This document shows, in pieces, positions 24,467 through 34,913 of a stretch of DNA of 40,546 bases (the stretch's first letter is position 1; each line of letters starts with the position of its first letter). The position numbers and the translations under genes are program-made. This DNA comes from a virus (taxonomy: Duplodnaviria; Caudoviricetes). The notes under the pieces are model-generated. The model was given only the letters and a program-made list of their open reading frames with translations, made no database searches and had not been told where the DNA came from. The DNA lies in IMG/VR virus record IMGVR_UViG_3300043036_000115, positions 1-40,546 of that record. One strand, written 5' to 3'.

Positions 24467-25456
24467 TTGAGCAGATTAAATAATTTTATAGTAAATATAA
24501 CACTTGCTACCGTCCCCGATAAATCAGCGCCTTTTGGCAAGATTTTAATTGTAACGGATGACGTTGACAAGGCATATACCGCCTATGCAGATTTATCGGC
24601 GGTATTAGCAGACTTTGCAGACACAACCGACACATATAAGATGGCGGCCCAATTGTTCGCACAGACACCAGCACCGGACGGAATTGCAGTACTGGGAGAT
24701 TCCACTATTTTACCGGCTGACCTGACATCTTTGTTGACCGCTAATGTCAATCAAGACTTTACCGTTTTTTACTGTACAAATGCAGACGATACTTTTATCG
24801 CAGCGCTAAGCGCATGGGCCGAAGCTAACGAGAGATTTTACGCTGCTACAACACAAAATAAGGCGATGGTTAAATCAGATATACGACATGCATTTATTGG
24901 TTACCATAGTGTAGCCGGTGATTACATGATTGAAAAACTTGTGACTTATATGCTTGTTCGTCCAATCGGTTCTGTAGTTGGTAAGTTTAAAACGCTTGTT
25001 AATACTGCTGAAAGCGTTGTTACTGATGCAGAGTTAGCGACACTACACGCTAACTATTTAGGCACTTATATCGAAGATATGGGCGTTTTACAGACAACAC
25101 AGGCACAGACGCAAAGCGGTGAGTATGTAGACGTGGTGCTGGGTGCGTTATGGATTAAGCTTGAAATGGAAGCTGGGTTAAGAAATCTTGCATTGACAAC
25201 AGGGAAGATTCCATACTCTAACGCCGGTATCGCACTCTTAAAAGATGTAGCGATTAAAGTATTGCAGCAAGGCGCAGTTAATGGTATTATCTTGTTAGAT
25301 GAAAACGGCAATGCTACCTATACCATTAGCGCAATAACTAGAGAACAATCAACCGCACAAGATAGAGCAGATAGAACTTATAATGGTATTAGCTGGACGG
25401 CTTCGCTAGCAGGCGCGATTGAATCCGCAACGATCAGCGGGACATTGGAGGTGTAA
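24467..25456 (+). CDS. Contractile tail sheath protein (DUF3383-like)
   Basis: GGAGG RBS with TTG start; YKMA..LF.Q.P.P, KFK.L, GEY.DV..G..W, KIPY...GI, R..R.Y.GI......AGAI. Confidence 0.85.
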   Translation: MSRLNNFIVNITLATVPDKSAPFGKILIVTDDVDKAYTAYADLSAVLADFADTTDTYKMAAQLFAQTPAPDGIAVLGDSTILPADLTSLLTANVNQDFTVFYCTNADDTFIAALSAWAEANERFYAATTQNKAMVKSDIRHAFIGYHSVAGDYMIEKLVTYMLVRPIGSVVGKFKTLVNTAESVVTDAELATLHANYLGTYIEDMGVLQTTQAQTQSGEYVDVVLGALWIKLEMEAGLRNLALTTGKIPYSNAGIALLKDVAIKVLQQGAVNGIILLDENGNATYTISAITREQSTAQDRADRTYNGISWTASLAGAIESATISGTLEV

Positions 25457-25459
25457 AAG

Positions 25460-25864
25460 ATGATAAACGTATATGATTCATTAGATGTAACAGTCATCGG
25501 CGACGGTATAATCGCAACTGGTTTAGCTGATGGCGATGCCGTTACAATTGGGCAAAACGAAGAAAGTTTCTCTAAACAAGTTGGAATTCAAGGTGATGTT
25601 ACTTTTTCAGAGACTAACGACAAAACAGGGTTTGCAACACTGACGCTAAAGGCAACAAGTCCAGCAGTTCGGCAATACGAAGAACTAAGCAGACGTAAAG
25701 GCGAAAACGCTTTGTTTGCTTTTCAGGTTATCGATGCTAACACCAACGGCTTAACCTCTGGCGGAACTAAATGCAGAGTAAAGAAATCGGCTGAAAAATC
25801 TTATAGCAACGAAGAAGGCACAAGAGAATACGAAATCGAAATTGCTGATTACACTAGCAAATAA
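25460..25864 (+). CDS. Tail tube protein (DUF3277-like)
   Basis: YD..DV.VI.DG...TG.ADG....VG..G......ND.TG..TLTL..TSP. Confidence 0.85.
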   Translation: MINVYDSLDVTVIGDGIIATGLADGDAVTIGQNEESFSKQVGIQGDVTFSETNDKTGFATLTLKATSPAVRQYEELSRRKGENALFAFQVIDANTNGLTSGGTKCRVKKSAEKSYSNEEGTREYEIEIADYTSK

Positions 25865-25878
25865 AGGACGGTAAATAA

Positions 25879-26139
25879 ATGGCAACTAAAACAGTTACAA
25901 TAAGCGGGACAGAGTATACATTACAGAAAGTTCCAACAAATTACTGGTACAAGATTAAAGACCGCAGCAAAGATAAGAACGGTAACCCATCCGAGGAAAA
26001 ACTATTCTCTGAGGTTTTAGAGCATATCGTTGTATCGCCAAAGATGAAGATGGAAGATTTTGAAGAAGTAGAGGATTTCGAGGAGGTCATGCAAGCGGCG
26101 ATTATGTTTCAATGCAAGCGAGCAGAACCTAAAATCTAA
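25879..26139 (+). CDS. Tail assembly chaperone (G-like)
   Basis: Lies between tube and tape measure; acidic 86-aa protein. Confidence 0.8.
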   Translation: MATKTVTISGTEYTLQKVPTNYWYKIKDRSKDKNGNPSEEKLFSEVLEHIVVSPKMKMEDFEEVEDFEEVMQAAIMFQCKRAEPKI

Positions 26140-26314
26140 GGAACAATATAAAAAAGATGCAATTAACAATTGGTATTTCTGGAAACCGATCGTTTGTGGG
26201 GCGTTAACATACACTGAGGCGATATCAATATTAGATGATAACATATTGCTTGAGGCATGCGCTGCAATTGATTACCGGGAAGAACTAATATCACAAAGCA
26301 TGAAAAAGAAATAG
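26108..26314 (+). CDS. Probable +1-frameshift extension of the tail chaperone (GT-like)
   Basis: +1 frame open 26072-26314 with no suitable start; encodes NWYFWKPIVCGALTYTEA....D..LLEACAAID. Confidence 0.65.
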   Translation, partial: FNASEQNLKSKEQYKKDAINNWYFWKPIVCGALTYTEAISILDDNILLEACAAIDYREELISQSMKKK

Positions 26315-26338
26315 CGCTCTGAAATGGGCGCTTTTTTT
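26313..26338 (+). terminator. Rho-independent terminator-like hairpin before the tape measure gene
   Basis: AGCGCTC-TGAAAT-GGGCGCT followed by a T-run. Confidence 0.7.
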
Positions 26339-26354
26339 GAAGAAAGGAGGGCAA

Positions 26355-28433
26355 ATGGCAGACTTAAGAAGTTTAGTATTCAGCCTTGTTTTTAAAGGTG
26401 ATCCGACCGACATTAAGAAAATGAATAAAGCTACAGACGAATTGAAAGGCAATTTCGGTGGCTTAGATAATACTGTAAAAAATATAGGAAAAACAATTGC
26501 GGTTGCTTTTGCAGCTGATAAGATTTTCGATTTTGGGAAGTCGGCTATTGAATCGGCTGGATCGGCAAAAGCCATTGATTCGCAATTTACTCAAACATTT
26601 GGTGGTTTAGAATCAAATGCGCAAACAGCAATAGATAATATGGCTGGTCAGTTCGGCATGGTTCCAAACCGTTTAAAACCAGCAATGTCACAAATGACAA
26701 GCATGTTTAAGGGACTAGGGTTAAGCACCGAAGACGCAATGGGAAAGGCAACGGATGCCGTTACAATATCAGCGGATGCGGCGGCGTTTTACGATAAGTC
26801 GTTTAGTGACGCTAACAGCGCCTTGACAAGCTTTATTAAAGGTAATTACGAGGGCGGTGAGTCAATCGGGCTATTCGCTAACGATACGCAAATGGCGGCA
26901 TATGCAATTGAAAAAGGGCTTGTCGGTGCAACGTCTGAATGGTCATCATTAGATGAAGCAACAAAACAAGCAACCCGTATGGAATACGCTCAAAATATGC
27001 AGGAATTAGCAGGGGCAACGGGTCAAGCAGCTAGAGAGTCTGACGGTTACGAAAACCAGATGGGAAATATACAACAAGCGTGGAAAGATTTTTTAGCTAT
27101 TGTTGGCGGCCCAGTTTTAGGTAGTGTCGTTGGAATAATGAAAAACGTTACCGATGGATTACAACAAGCAGGCGATAAGGTTATATTTTTGCAAGACGGA
27201 TTTAATGGACTAGGTGATTCGAGCGGTTTAAGCGGGATTGATGCTGACCTGTACGAGGTCGGAGAAAAAATAAGAGGAATATCCGACGGGTTTGTATGGG
27301 CTGGCGAAAAAGTTGGCGAATTTATCAACAATACTGGTGGAATACAAGGTGTAATTGACAAAGTTGTGATACTGGCCGGGGCTTTTGCGGCAGTTAAAAC
27401 AGCAATGGCGGTTTCATCAACGATTCAGGCGGTAATGTCTGCATACAAATCATTAACGGCTGTAATGGGGTTATTAAGTGTTGCGACCATGAAAAACATA
27501 GGTGAAACACTATTGCTACAAGGTTTATATGTAAAAGATGCTATACTTAAAGTAGCATCCGCAACAGCTACCGGTATAATGACGGCGGCTCAATGGCTTT
27601 TAAATGTAGCTTTGAACGCCAATCCAATCGGAATAATCATCATGGCAATAGCAGCGTTAGTAGCTGGTATTGTTTACCTGTGGAACACTAACGAGGGGTT
27701 TAGAAACGCAGTAATCGGAGCATGGACAGCGATAAGTGAGTTTTTAGTACAGCTATGGGATAATATAGTCAGTGGATTGTCTCAGGCTGGTGAGTCATTA
27801 ATGGAGATTTGGGACGGTGTTTATAATGGTGTTACATCTTTGTGGGATGGGATAGTCGGTTTTTTTACTGGCATTGTTACTGGCGTACAGGATGCCTTTG
27901 ATGGTGTGAGTGATGTTATCATTAACGCCTTTAACGGTGCGGTTAAATTTCTACAAGAATTACCAGCTAATGCATTAAAATGGGCTGGCGATATGATGGA
28001 CGGGTTTGTAAAAGGAATACAAAATGGAATATCAGCGGTTGGCGATGCTATTAAAGGAGTAGCTGATAAGATAACATCATTCCTTCATTTCTCACGACCG
28101 GATGAAGGGCCATTGCGACAATACGAAACGTGGATGCCGGACATGATGCAGGGTCTAGCTTCTGGCATAACTAATAATGTCGGGCTAGTGAAAGAAGCGT
28201 TAAGCGGAATGACTGGACAAATGAGCGCAAAAGTAACAGGTGAAGTATCGGTGACAACTGCTACAGCATCAAGCGGTAGCGGTGTTATGAATTTTTCGCC
28301 ACAAATAACCGTAAATGTTAACGGCGGCGGCACTGTTAAAGAATCATTCAGCAGCATCGAACAACAACTAAATTTATTTATGGACGAATACGCGCAGAAA
28401 ATGGCGTTAAGAAATCCTAAAGTAGCATATTAA
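26355..28433 (+). CDS. Tape measure protein
   Basis: AAGGAGG RBS; Ala/Gly-rich helical; NANPIG.II.AI.ALVAG..YLW..NE.FRN; Trp-spaced repeats; LHFSRPDEGPL. Confidence 0.93.
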   Translation: MADLRSLVFSLVFKGDPTDIKKMNKATDELKGNFGGLDNTVKNIGKTIAVAFAADKIFDFGKSAIESAGSAKAIDSQFTQTFGGLESNAQTAIDNMAGQFGMVPNRLKPAMSQMTSMFKGLGLSTEDAMGKATDAVTISADAAAFYDKSFSDANSALTSFIKGNYEGGESIGLFANDTQMAAYAIEKGLVGATSEWSSLDEATKQATRMEYAQNMQELAGATGQAARESDGYENQMGNIQQAWKDFLAIVGGPVLGSVVGIMKNVTDGLQQAGDKVIFLQDGFNGLGDSSGLSGIDADLYEVGEKIRGISDGFVWAGEKVGEFINNTGGIQGVIDKVVILAGAFAAVKTAMAVSSTIQAVMSAYKSLTAVMGLLSVATMKNIGETLLLQGLYVKDAILKVASATATGIMTAAQWLLNVALNANPIGIIIMAIAALVAGIVYLWNTNEGFRNAVIGAWTAISEFLVQLWDNIVSGLSQAGESLMEIWDGVYNGVTSLWDGIVGFFTGIVTGVQDAFDGVSDVIINAFNGAVKFLQELPANALKWAGDMMDGFVKGIQNGISAVGDAIKGVADKITSFLHFSRPDEGPLRQYETWMPDMMQGLASGITNNVGLVKEALSGMTGQMSAKVTGEVSVTTATASSGSGVMNFSPQITVNVNGGGTVKESFSSIEQQLNLFMDEYAQKMALRNPKVAY

Positions 28434-28443
28434 GGGGGCGCAC

Positions 28444-29301
28444 ATGATAGAATATCAAGCCCATGTACAAGACGTAGGATGGACGGAAACGGTAAGCGAT
28501 GGTGAAGTTGCTGGGACGGTAGGAGAAGCAAAGCGTTTAGAAGCGTTAATAGTAGAATCTGATTATAATTTAGAATATAAAGCCCATGTGCAAAACGTGG
28601 GCTGGCAGGATTGGGTTAAGCGTGGTGAAGTGGCCGGGACAACTGGTCAAGGTTTGAGGATGGAAGCGTTTAGGATTAAACTAATCGACCCCGAACAAGG
28701 TAAACACGTATGGTATCGGGTTCATGTGGAAAACGTTGGTTGGACCGATTACGCTATCGATGGTGATATTGTCGGCAGCGTGGGGCAATCGTTAAGAATG
28801 GAAGCCGTTGAAATCCGCATTGTTGATGAGGTAACGGATGAAGATTTTGCTGATTGGTTAGAATTAAGCAAGAAAAGTAAATTAGGTGAAGTAGTTTTTT
28901 CGGTTGCTACCGGCGAAGATGCTACCATGACCGCAAACATTACAGACAAGCCAATCGAGGGTGGAAACATTTCAGATCACGCACAGTTACAACCATTGAC
29001 TATGAGTATACCCGGTTACATTGTGGGCGATGATGCTCAACAAAAACTGGAAAAGTTACGGGAGTACATGAAAAATAGCGATGTTTTACGGTTTGTAGGT
29101 GTTGACATTGCACAAAATGTCATGATCACAAGCTTAAAGACGGGACGGGCGGCAAATATTGCTGATGGCGTAGCATTTACGGTCGATTTAAAAGAGGTTA
29201 GAATAGCTGAAAGCGTTGTAACGGTAATAGATGAAGCATACGTCTATACCCAAGCCAATGACCTGAAAAACGGCGGATTGCAGGCGGTGTTAACAGAATG
29301 A
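28444..29301 (+). CDS. Baseplate / tube-initiator protein with N-terminal ChW repeats
   Basis: Three Y..HV...GW......G...G..G...R.EA repeats, then IT..PIE.G.ISDH....P. Confidence 0.8.
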   Translation: MIEYQAHVQDVGWTETVSDGEVAGTVGEAKRLEALIVESDYNLEYKAHVQNVGWQDWVKRGEVAGTTGQGLRMEAFRIKLIDPEQGKHVWYRVHVENVGWTDYAIDGDIVGSVGQSLRMEAVEIRIVDEVTDEDFADWLELSKKSKLGEVVFSVATGEDATMTANITDKPIEGGNISDHAQLQPLTMSIPGYIVGDDAQQKLEKLREYMKNSDVLRFVGVDIAQNVMITSLKTGRAANIADGVAFTVDLKEVRIAESVVTVIDEAYVYTQANDLKNGGLQAVLTE

Positions 29302-29609
29302 GAAACTACATAAAAATAGATAAATCGTTAATTCCGTATGAGTTTGACATCCGGTTAAACAAAATAACTTATACGTTTAAGATTGACTATAATTCACGTC
29401 ATGATTTTTTCACTATTGCCATTACGAAATCAGACGGGACAGTTTTGACCAGCGGTGAAAAGTTGCGGTTAAACAAGCCGTTATTGTCGGAGCGTGGATA
29501 TGTTGACTTTCCATTAGTAACGCCGAACGATGCAACGGGGCAAGCAACCCGGATAACATGGGGAAACATGGGCGTAACTGTGTTTTTATATGTTGGGGTG
29601 CAAGAATGA
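29298..29609 (+). CDS. Small baseplate protein
   Basis: IDK..IPY.FDI.L....Y.F...YN...DFFT...GEKL.LN.PL; position. Confidence 0.7.
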   Translation: MRNYIKIDKSLIPYEFDIRLNKITYTFKIDYNSRHDFFTIAITKSDGTVLTSGEKLRLNKPLLSERGYVDFPLVTPNDATGQATRITWGNMGVTVFLYVGVQE

Positions 29610-31243
29610 CACGATTATTTAAACGAGAAAAACAGTTAATCATCGGTGAAAAGATAATGCCAGATTTAGAAATTGACTTTAACGTGACGTTTAACGAAGA
29701 TGATGTAGCCCCGATTAATGACGTGACGGTCTACAATGCTAGTCCGTCAACTTTGGGCTATATACAGAACAACATGGAGATAAAATTAAACGCCGGATAT
29801 AGCGGTAATTTAGGTTCGGTTATCGTTGGAACGATTGCGAGCTTTAAAAACAACCAGAACGGCGTTGATTCAGAACTAAAGATACTTGTGAATACTGATA
29901 TTAATGCGATATTCAACCGCACAGTGGCGAAAACATACGCCACCGGTACAAATGCACAACAGATACTTGAAGACCTGTTACGGGCTATAAACGTGGAAAC
30001 CGGCACAGTGTTTGTTAACAATAATATCACGTACGAAAACGGGAAAAGCGTAAACGGAACGTATAAGCAAATAATCAACGAGATTGTAAAAGAAACAGCG
30101 TCATACATGTTCGTCAGGAACAATATTTTATATATCGTGGATGGCGTTTACGAGTTGGACACCGGTTATTTATTAAAGCCGGAGACCGGTCTTATTGGTA
30201 GCCCTGAAGAAATTGAAATCGACGGGGCGAAAGGGTTTAAATTTACAATGTGCCTTAACCCGATGATTACCACGGGTTCTGTTTTCCGGGTAGAATCTAA
30301 AAATGTTAATGGCTTATGGCGGGTTCAGGACGGAACTCACAGCGGTATTAATTTTGAGACAGTAGTTAATTGCTTGCCAACGGACAAAGTAACCCGATAT
30401 GTACCGCCTGTTAAAAATAAAGCAGTTGCAAGTGGCAACACAAACAAGGACAAGGTTTGGAATTTCTTGATGGGGCAAGGATTCTCAAGAGCTGCCGCCG
30501 CTGGCGCTATGGGAAATTGCGAACTAGAAAGCGGTTACGACCCGAACGCAGAGAATAGCAGTTCCGGGGCTTATGGAATATTTCAATGGTTAGGCGGTCG
30601 AAAAGATACGCTATTCGCACAAGCGGCAGCATCAGGCCGGGCAGCCAATGATTTATTATTTCAGTTAGACTATTTTAATTGGGAAATAACGGTCGGCCCC
30701 GAAAGTGATAGTTTTTCAGTTTACGGCGGTTTAGCTGGTGGATTGAACGAGTTTAAGCAATTCACCGACCCAATATCCGCATGCTACAGTTTTGAAGAAT
30801 CTTTTGAACGTTCGGGCGGTCAAGGCATGAGCCAACGGTTAGAATACGCTCAAGCCGTTTATGACTGGAATGGTAAAACCGCTGGACTGTATGAAGGAAC
30901 AGGCGGCGATGGAAACTTCCCGGCTGGTGCTTTTCAGTGCGAGTGCGGTTGTGGGTTGGATGCAGTTCCCGAACTAAAAGAAAAAATGAATCAACTCTGG
31001 GATATAGTCGGCGAAATAATCGTAACAGGTGGCGCAAGGTGCGAGTATCAAAACAGCATTACACCGGGTGCCGCTCCTAACAGTTTACACAAAACAGGCG
31101 AAGCGGTCGATTGTTATTGCCCGGGTGCATCAGTTGATTATTTGGCTGATAATGCTCAAAGCGTTGGATTAGGTACAATCCGTTATTATAGTAGCGGTTT
31201 TGTTCATTGCCAAACATATCCAAGAGATACCACGGGGGATTAG
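29606..31243 (+). CDS. Baseplate hub fused to a phage tail lysozyme domain and a peptidase M15-like domain
   Basis: Hub motifs L.AGY and L..ETGLIGSP; W.FL...G.S.AAAAG.MGN...ES...P...GAYGI.QW...R; C-terminal RC...N......NSLH..GEA.D...FVH. Confidence 0.85.
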   Translation: MTRLFKREKQLIIGEKIMPDLEIDFNVTFNEDDVAPINDVTVYNASPSTLGYIQNNMEIKLNAGYSGNLGSVIVGTIASFKNNQNGVDSELKILVNTDINAIFNRTVAKTYATGTNAQQILEDLLRAINVETGTVFVNNNITYENGKSVNGTYKQIINEIVKETASYMFVRNNILYIVDGVYELDTGYLLKPETGLIGSPEEIEIDGAKGFKFTMCLNPMITTGSVFRVESKNVNGLWRVQDGTHSGINFETVVNCLPTDKVTRYVPPVKNKAVASGNTNKDKVWNFLMGQGFSRAAAAGAMGNCELESGYDPNAENSSSGAYGIFQWLGGRKDTLFAQAAASGRAANDLLFQLDYFNWEITVGPESDSFSVYGGLAGGLNEFKQFTDPISACYSFEESFERSGGQGMSQRLEYAQAVYDWNGKTAGLYEGTGGDGNFPAGAFQCECGCGLDAVPELKEKMNQLWDIVGEIIVTGGARCEYQNSITPGAAPNSLHKTGEAVDCYCPGASVDYLADNAQSVGLGTIRYYSSGFVHCQTYPRDTTGD

Positions 31244-31546
31244 ATGAAATTAGATGAAGTAATTTTAAACATTATTAACAATGAAATAGCGACGATTAAC
31301 ACAACTATGGAATGCGAGGTGACAACGGTATCGCCGTTGACTATTAAGCCCGTACAAGATAAAATATATGCAGATAGTGCGGTTAGTTATGATTTAATTG
31401 TAACAGCTAGAAAATTAAAGCAGTGGGGATTGGTTGACGGTTCGCCAACGGCCTTTACCTATCCGCTAACAGTGGGCGACCGGGTAATTGTGGCTTTTGG
31501 CAAGCATGACTTAACCAACGCCGTTATATTGGGGGTGATAGAATGA
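31244..31546 (+). CDS. Baseplate spike-like protein (OB fold)
   Basis: PL.VGDRV.V.F...DL.NAVILG; position. Confidence 0.65.
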   Translation: MKLDEVILNIINNEIATINTTMECEVTTVSPLTIKPVQDKIYADSAVSYDLIVTARKLKQWGLVDGSPTAFTYPLTVGDRVIVAFGKHDLTNAVILGVIE

Positions 31547-31896
31547 TATCTTTTCTAATTGAAAATGATGATATTGTTTTTAATGAACAGAATGAGTTAA
31601 AAATTATCAGCGGCAATGAAGAAAAGGCACAGAGTATACAGCGAACTATGACTACAAATTTAAAAGAGTTTTTTTTAAATGAAAGATTTGGTTTTGATTA
31701 TCGACTATTACAACAAAAGACCATTAATAAAAATTATTTGCGTATGGGTATAAATGATGCTATCACGTTTGACACGGAAATTAAAGGCATTGATAGTTTG
31801 ACGGTATCAGAACCAACTGCAGACCGTAAAGCTTCAATCGGATTTAAAGTGCTATTGAAAAACGGCACAACAATAGAAAGTGAGGTGAGTGCCTAA
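31543..31896 (+). CDS. Baseplate wedge / sheath initiator (gp25/DUF2634-like)
   Basis: Q.I.....T...EFFLN..FG.DY. Confidence 0.75.
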   Translation: MISFLIENDDIVFNEQNELKIISGNEEKAQSIQRTMTTNLKEFFLNERFGFDYRLLQQKTINKNYLRMGINDAITFDTEIKGIDSLTVSEPTADRKASIGFKVLLKNGTTIESEVSA

Positions 31897-33065
31897 TGTT
31901 TGGATTAAACAAAGATGGATTCAACCGGATGCGGTATGCTGATATCATCGCAGAAATGAACAGCCGGGCAAGGAGTGTATTTGGTGCTGACGTTAATTTA
32001 AGCGAACATAGCCCATTAGGGATGTTTTTTAAGGTAGTAGCGTTTAGCATGGCTGTTATCTGGCAACTAGCTGAATACGTCTATTATGGAGCATATAAGG
32101 ACACAGCAGAGGGATATCAGTTGGATGGTGTTTGCCAGTATATCGGGATCACACGAAAACCGGCGAGTTATGCGACTGGGACGGTTACATTTACGGGAAC
32201 AGCTGGGACTGTTATCCCGTTACAATTTTTAGTATCGACCGGAACTTATCAGTTTTGGACACAGCAGATTGCAACGATCCCATCCTGCGGAACGGTTGAC
32301 GTGCCGATTAGAGCGATTGAACTAGGAAACACAAGCAATGTATTAGCTAGCACTATTACAACGATTGTAAACCCATTGACGGGCGTTACAGCGGTAACAA
32401 ATGCAGCGGCAACAACGGGCGGCGCTGACATCGAAACAGATGAGTCACTAAGGGCGAGATATGACGAAAGCATATCGCTAGGCGGTGCGTCAACAACATC
32501 GGCAATTGAAGCGGAACTATTGCAAGTGCAAAACGTAGTAGATGCAAGAGTTATCGAAAACGTGACGATGGCGACGGTAGACGGTGTTCCCGCTAAAGCA
32601 TTTGAATCAACAGTGTACGGTGGTATTGACGCAGATATAGCAGATGCCATTTACCGAACAAAAGCGGCAGGAATACAGGCGTTTGGCGATACAATTGTTC
32701 CAATAACTGACGATTACGGACAAGTTCATAATATAGGGTTTAGTAGAGTCTCTGAAATAACTATTTATGTAAATGTAACACTAACCACAGACGATGATTT
32801 CCCGATTGATGGATTGACAACAATCGAAACAAATATCATAAAATATATCGGCGGAACTGACGCAGACAGCACGAAATATTATGGCTTAGGATTAGGCGAT
32901 GACGTTGTTTATACTAAAATAATAGGTATATGCCATAGTGTAGCTGGGGTAACTGACGTTAGCGTCACATTATCAACGGATAATATAACATTTACAGCTG
33001 CTAACGTTGCAATTGCAACGGGTGAGGTGGCCGTTACCGATTATGCAAAGGTTGTGATCGCATGA
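31896..33065 (+). CDS. Baseplate J-like protein
   Basis: A.G..LD......GI.RK.A..ATG.V.FTG; A...G...NV....IT; GG.D.ETDE.LR.R. Confidence 0.92.
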   Translation: MFGLNKDGFNRMRYADIIAEMNSRARSVFGADVNLSEHSPLGMFFKVVAFSMAVIWQLAEYVYYGAYKDTAEGYQLDGVCQYIGITRKPASYATGTVTFTGTAGTVIPLQFLVSTGTYQFWTQQIATIPSCGTVDVPIRAIELGNTSNVLASTITTIVNPLTGVTAVTNAAATTGGADIETDESLRARYDESISLGGASTTSAIEAELLQVQNVVDARVIENVTMATVDGVPAKAFESTVYGGIDADIADAIYRTKAAGIQAFGDTIVPITDDYGQVHNIGFSRVSEITIYVNVTLTTDDDFPIDGLTTIETNIIKYIGGTDADSTKYYGLGLGDDVVYTKIIGICHSVAGVTDVSVTLSTDNITFTAANVAIATGEVAVTDYAKVVIA

Positions 33066-33901
33066 AACTAGTAAAGCGGCTTACTGATAATTACAAGAAA
33101 AACCCCGAAAGCAATATAGGTAAACTGTTATCAGTCATTGATTTTGAGTTAGACCGACTAAAAGACACCTACAAGCTGATTGACAGTTACCGGGCTATTG
33201 ATAACGCAACAGGTCAAACATTAGACAATATCGGTAAAAACGTATTGCAAGACCGGGGAGGAATGGACGATATAACCTATCGTCTTTTCCTTAAAGTAAA
33301 GATCCGGTCGAACTTGTCCGGCGGTCAGATTGAAACCATTAACGATATTATGACCACCGTATTGGGTGATAACTATTTGGGCTTGCGTGAGGTTTGGGAT
33401 AACTCAACTTACAGCAATGAACCGGCGGCTTTTGAAATCCGCTTTGTTAATTTTTTTAGTGACATTGCTGCACTATACGCAGACGCAGAAAATGACCCGT
33501 TTTTCTTTGACGGTGAATACTACTTTGATGGCACACGAAAATTTGATGGCGGCTATACGTTTAGCTATGCAACGTGGGAACCACAAATAATCGCGACAAT
33601 GGCAAAATACATGGAAGTAGTTGAATTTATCAGGGCAGCAGGCGTTAAGGCTTGGTGGAATGAGCCGCTAGACATTGAAACGTTGATAAATATAACGAAT
33701 GATGTTACAATTATAGACAAAGAATCAGCTATTACAGATATCAATATTGCTAATGACGTAATACTAAAAGAACAAACAGAAGTTATTAACGGAGCAACAT
33801 CGTTATTCGACGGAATGTTTTATTTTGACAGTGCTATATTGTTTGATGGGAATAGGGATTTTGTTGTAAATGATGTTGAAATATTGGAGGTTTACGCATG
33901 A
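33062..33901 (+). CDS. Baseplate wedge protein (gpI-like)
   Basis: ID.A.G.TLD.IG.NV.Q.R....D..YR..LK.KI..N; AAGV; FDG...FDG repeats. Confidence 0.75.
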   Translation: MKLVKRLTDNYKKNPESNIGKLLSVIDFELDRLKDTYKLIDSYRAIDNATGQTLDNIGKNVLQDRGGMDDITYRLFLKVKIRSNLSGGQIETINDIMTTVLGDNYLGLREVWDNSTYSNEPAAFEIRFVNFFSDIAALYADAENDPFFFDGEYYFDGTRKFDGGYTFSYATWEPQIIATMAKYMEVVEFIRAAGVKAWWNEPLDIETLINITNDVTIIDKESAITDINIANDVILKEQTEVINGATSLFDGMFYFDSAILFDGNRDFVVNDVEILEVYA

Positions 33902-34023
33902 CAAGCAATATAAAAATAGTTCATGATGTGGAAGTAATTGAGTTAACCCGTGATGAATACGAAAAACGGGAAAAAGAAAAAGCAGAAAAGGAGGTCGATG
34001 AATGTCAACAGCTAACACAATAA
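33898..34023 (+). CDS. Small hypothetical protein (41 aa, not in ORF track)
   Basis: GGAGG RBS; ATGA overlap with the upstream gene. Confidence 0.45.
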   Translation: MTSNIKIVHDVEVIELTRDEYEKREKEKAEKEVDECQQLTQ

Positions 34024-34391
34024 CAACAGCGGCGCAAAGAGCAAAGTTCGCAACCGCACACGCAACAAGTGGAGTTTTGCCAATTATCGCGCAAATCGGA
34101 TTTGGTACAGGTGGACACGATACCGGTACGGGATTACCGACACAACCAACAGGATTAGAAACAGCGGTCGGCGGTGAGGTAGTAAAAAAAGCAATTACAA
34201 GCGTAAATACAACAGTTCCAACAACAGCAGAGGTGTTAGGTATTCTTGATTTTGCAGAGGGAAACGGCGTTTCAATTTCTGCTATTGGACTATATGATTC
34301 AGATGGTGATTTAATCTGTTTAAAACATACCGAACCAAGCCCAAAAACAGCAGAGAAACGCATGGAAATAATATGGAAGGAGCAGTTCTAG
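34002..34391 (+). CDS. Tail fibre attachment / collar protein
   Basis: I.FG.GG...P....L...E.NG..IS.IGL.DSDG.LI......P.PK. Confidence 0.75.
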   Translation: MSTANTITTAAQRAKFATAHATSGVLPIIAQIGFGTGGHDTGTGLPTQPTGLETAVGGEVVKKAITSVNTTVPTTAEVLGILDFAEGNGVSISAIGLYDSDGDLICLKHTEPSPKTAEKRMEIIWKEQF

Positions 34392-34392
34392 T

Positions 34393-34911
34393 ATGGCATT
34401 AACTCAAATATTAACAACAGACAGCGTATCGGCTAGTATTGTAAATACTAAAATTGTGACTCCTACTAACAATTCATTGACATATCTTGAGGGCTATGTA
34501 GACGCTCTAAACATTAATGACAATGAAGCAAGGCAAGAAATTTTAGATATTAAATTGAAATTGGAAGAAGCGGCTGTGATTGATTTTTTAAATAAAACGG
34601 GCGTCGGTTTTTATGATTTGTTCGCAGACACATCGAACGTTGACGCAATAACCACAACGGCAACAGTATCAGGCGGAGATGTAACCTTTGCAGGTGCTAA
34701 AATTTTACAGATGGATAGCCAAACATTTAGCGACTTTACTGGTGTTGATTTGGCGTTGTACGACAAAGAACGAGTAATTTTTACAATAACCGTTAATGTT
34801 ACAGACAGCAACACAATATCAATGGACATCGCGCCGGGCAGCAGAACAATTGGCGAAAAGTTTTTTTATAATGGTGAAGTTTATACCATTACAAATGTAG
34901 TGGAGGTATAG
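34393..34911 (+). CDS. Tail fibre-associated protein (hypothetical)
   Basis: Position; Thr/Val-rich beta character. Confidence 0.65.
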   Translation: MALTQILTTDSVSASIVNTKIVTPTNNSLTYLEGYVDALNINDNEARQEILDIKLKLEEAAVIDFLNKTGVGFYDLFADTSNVDAITTTATVSGGDVTFAGAKILQMDSQTFSDFTGVDLALYDKERVIFTITVNVTDSNTISMDIAPGSRTIGEKFFYNGEVYTITNVVEV

Positions 34912-34913
34912 TA

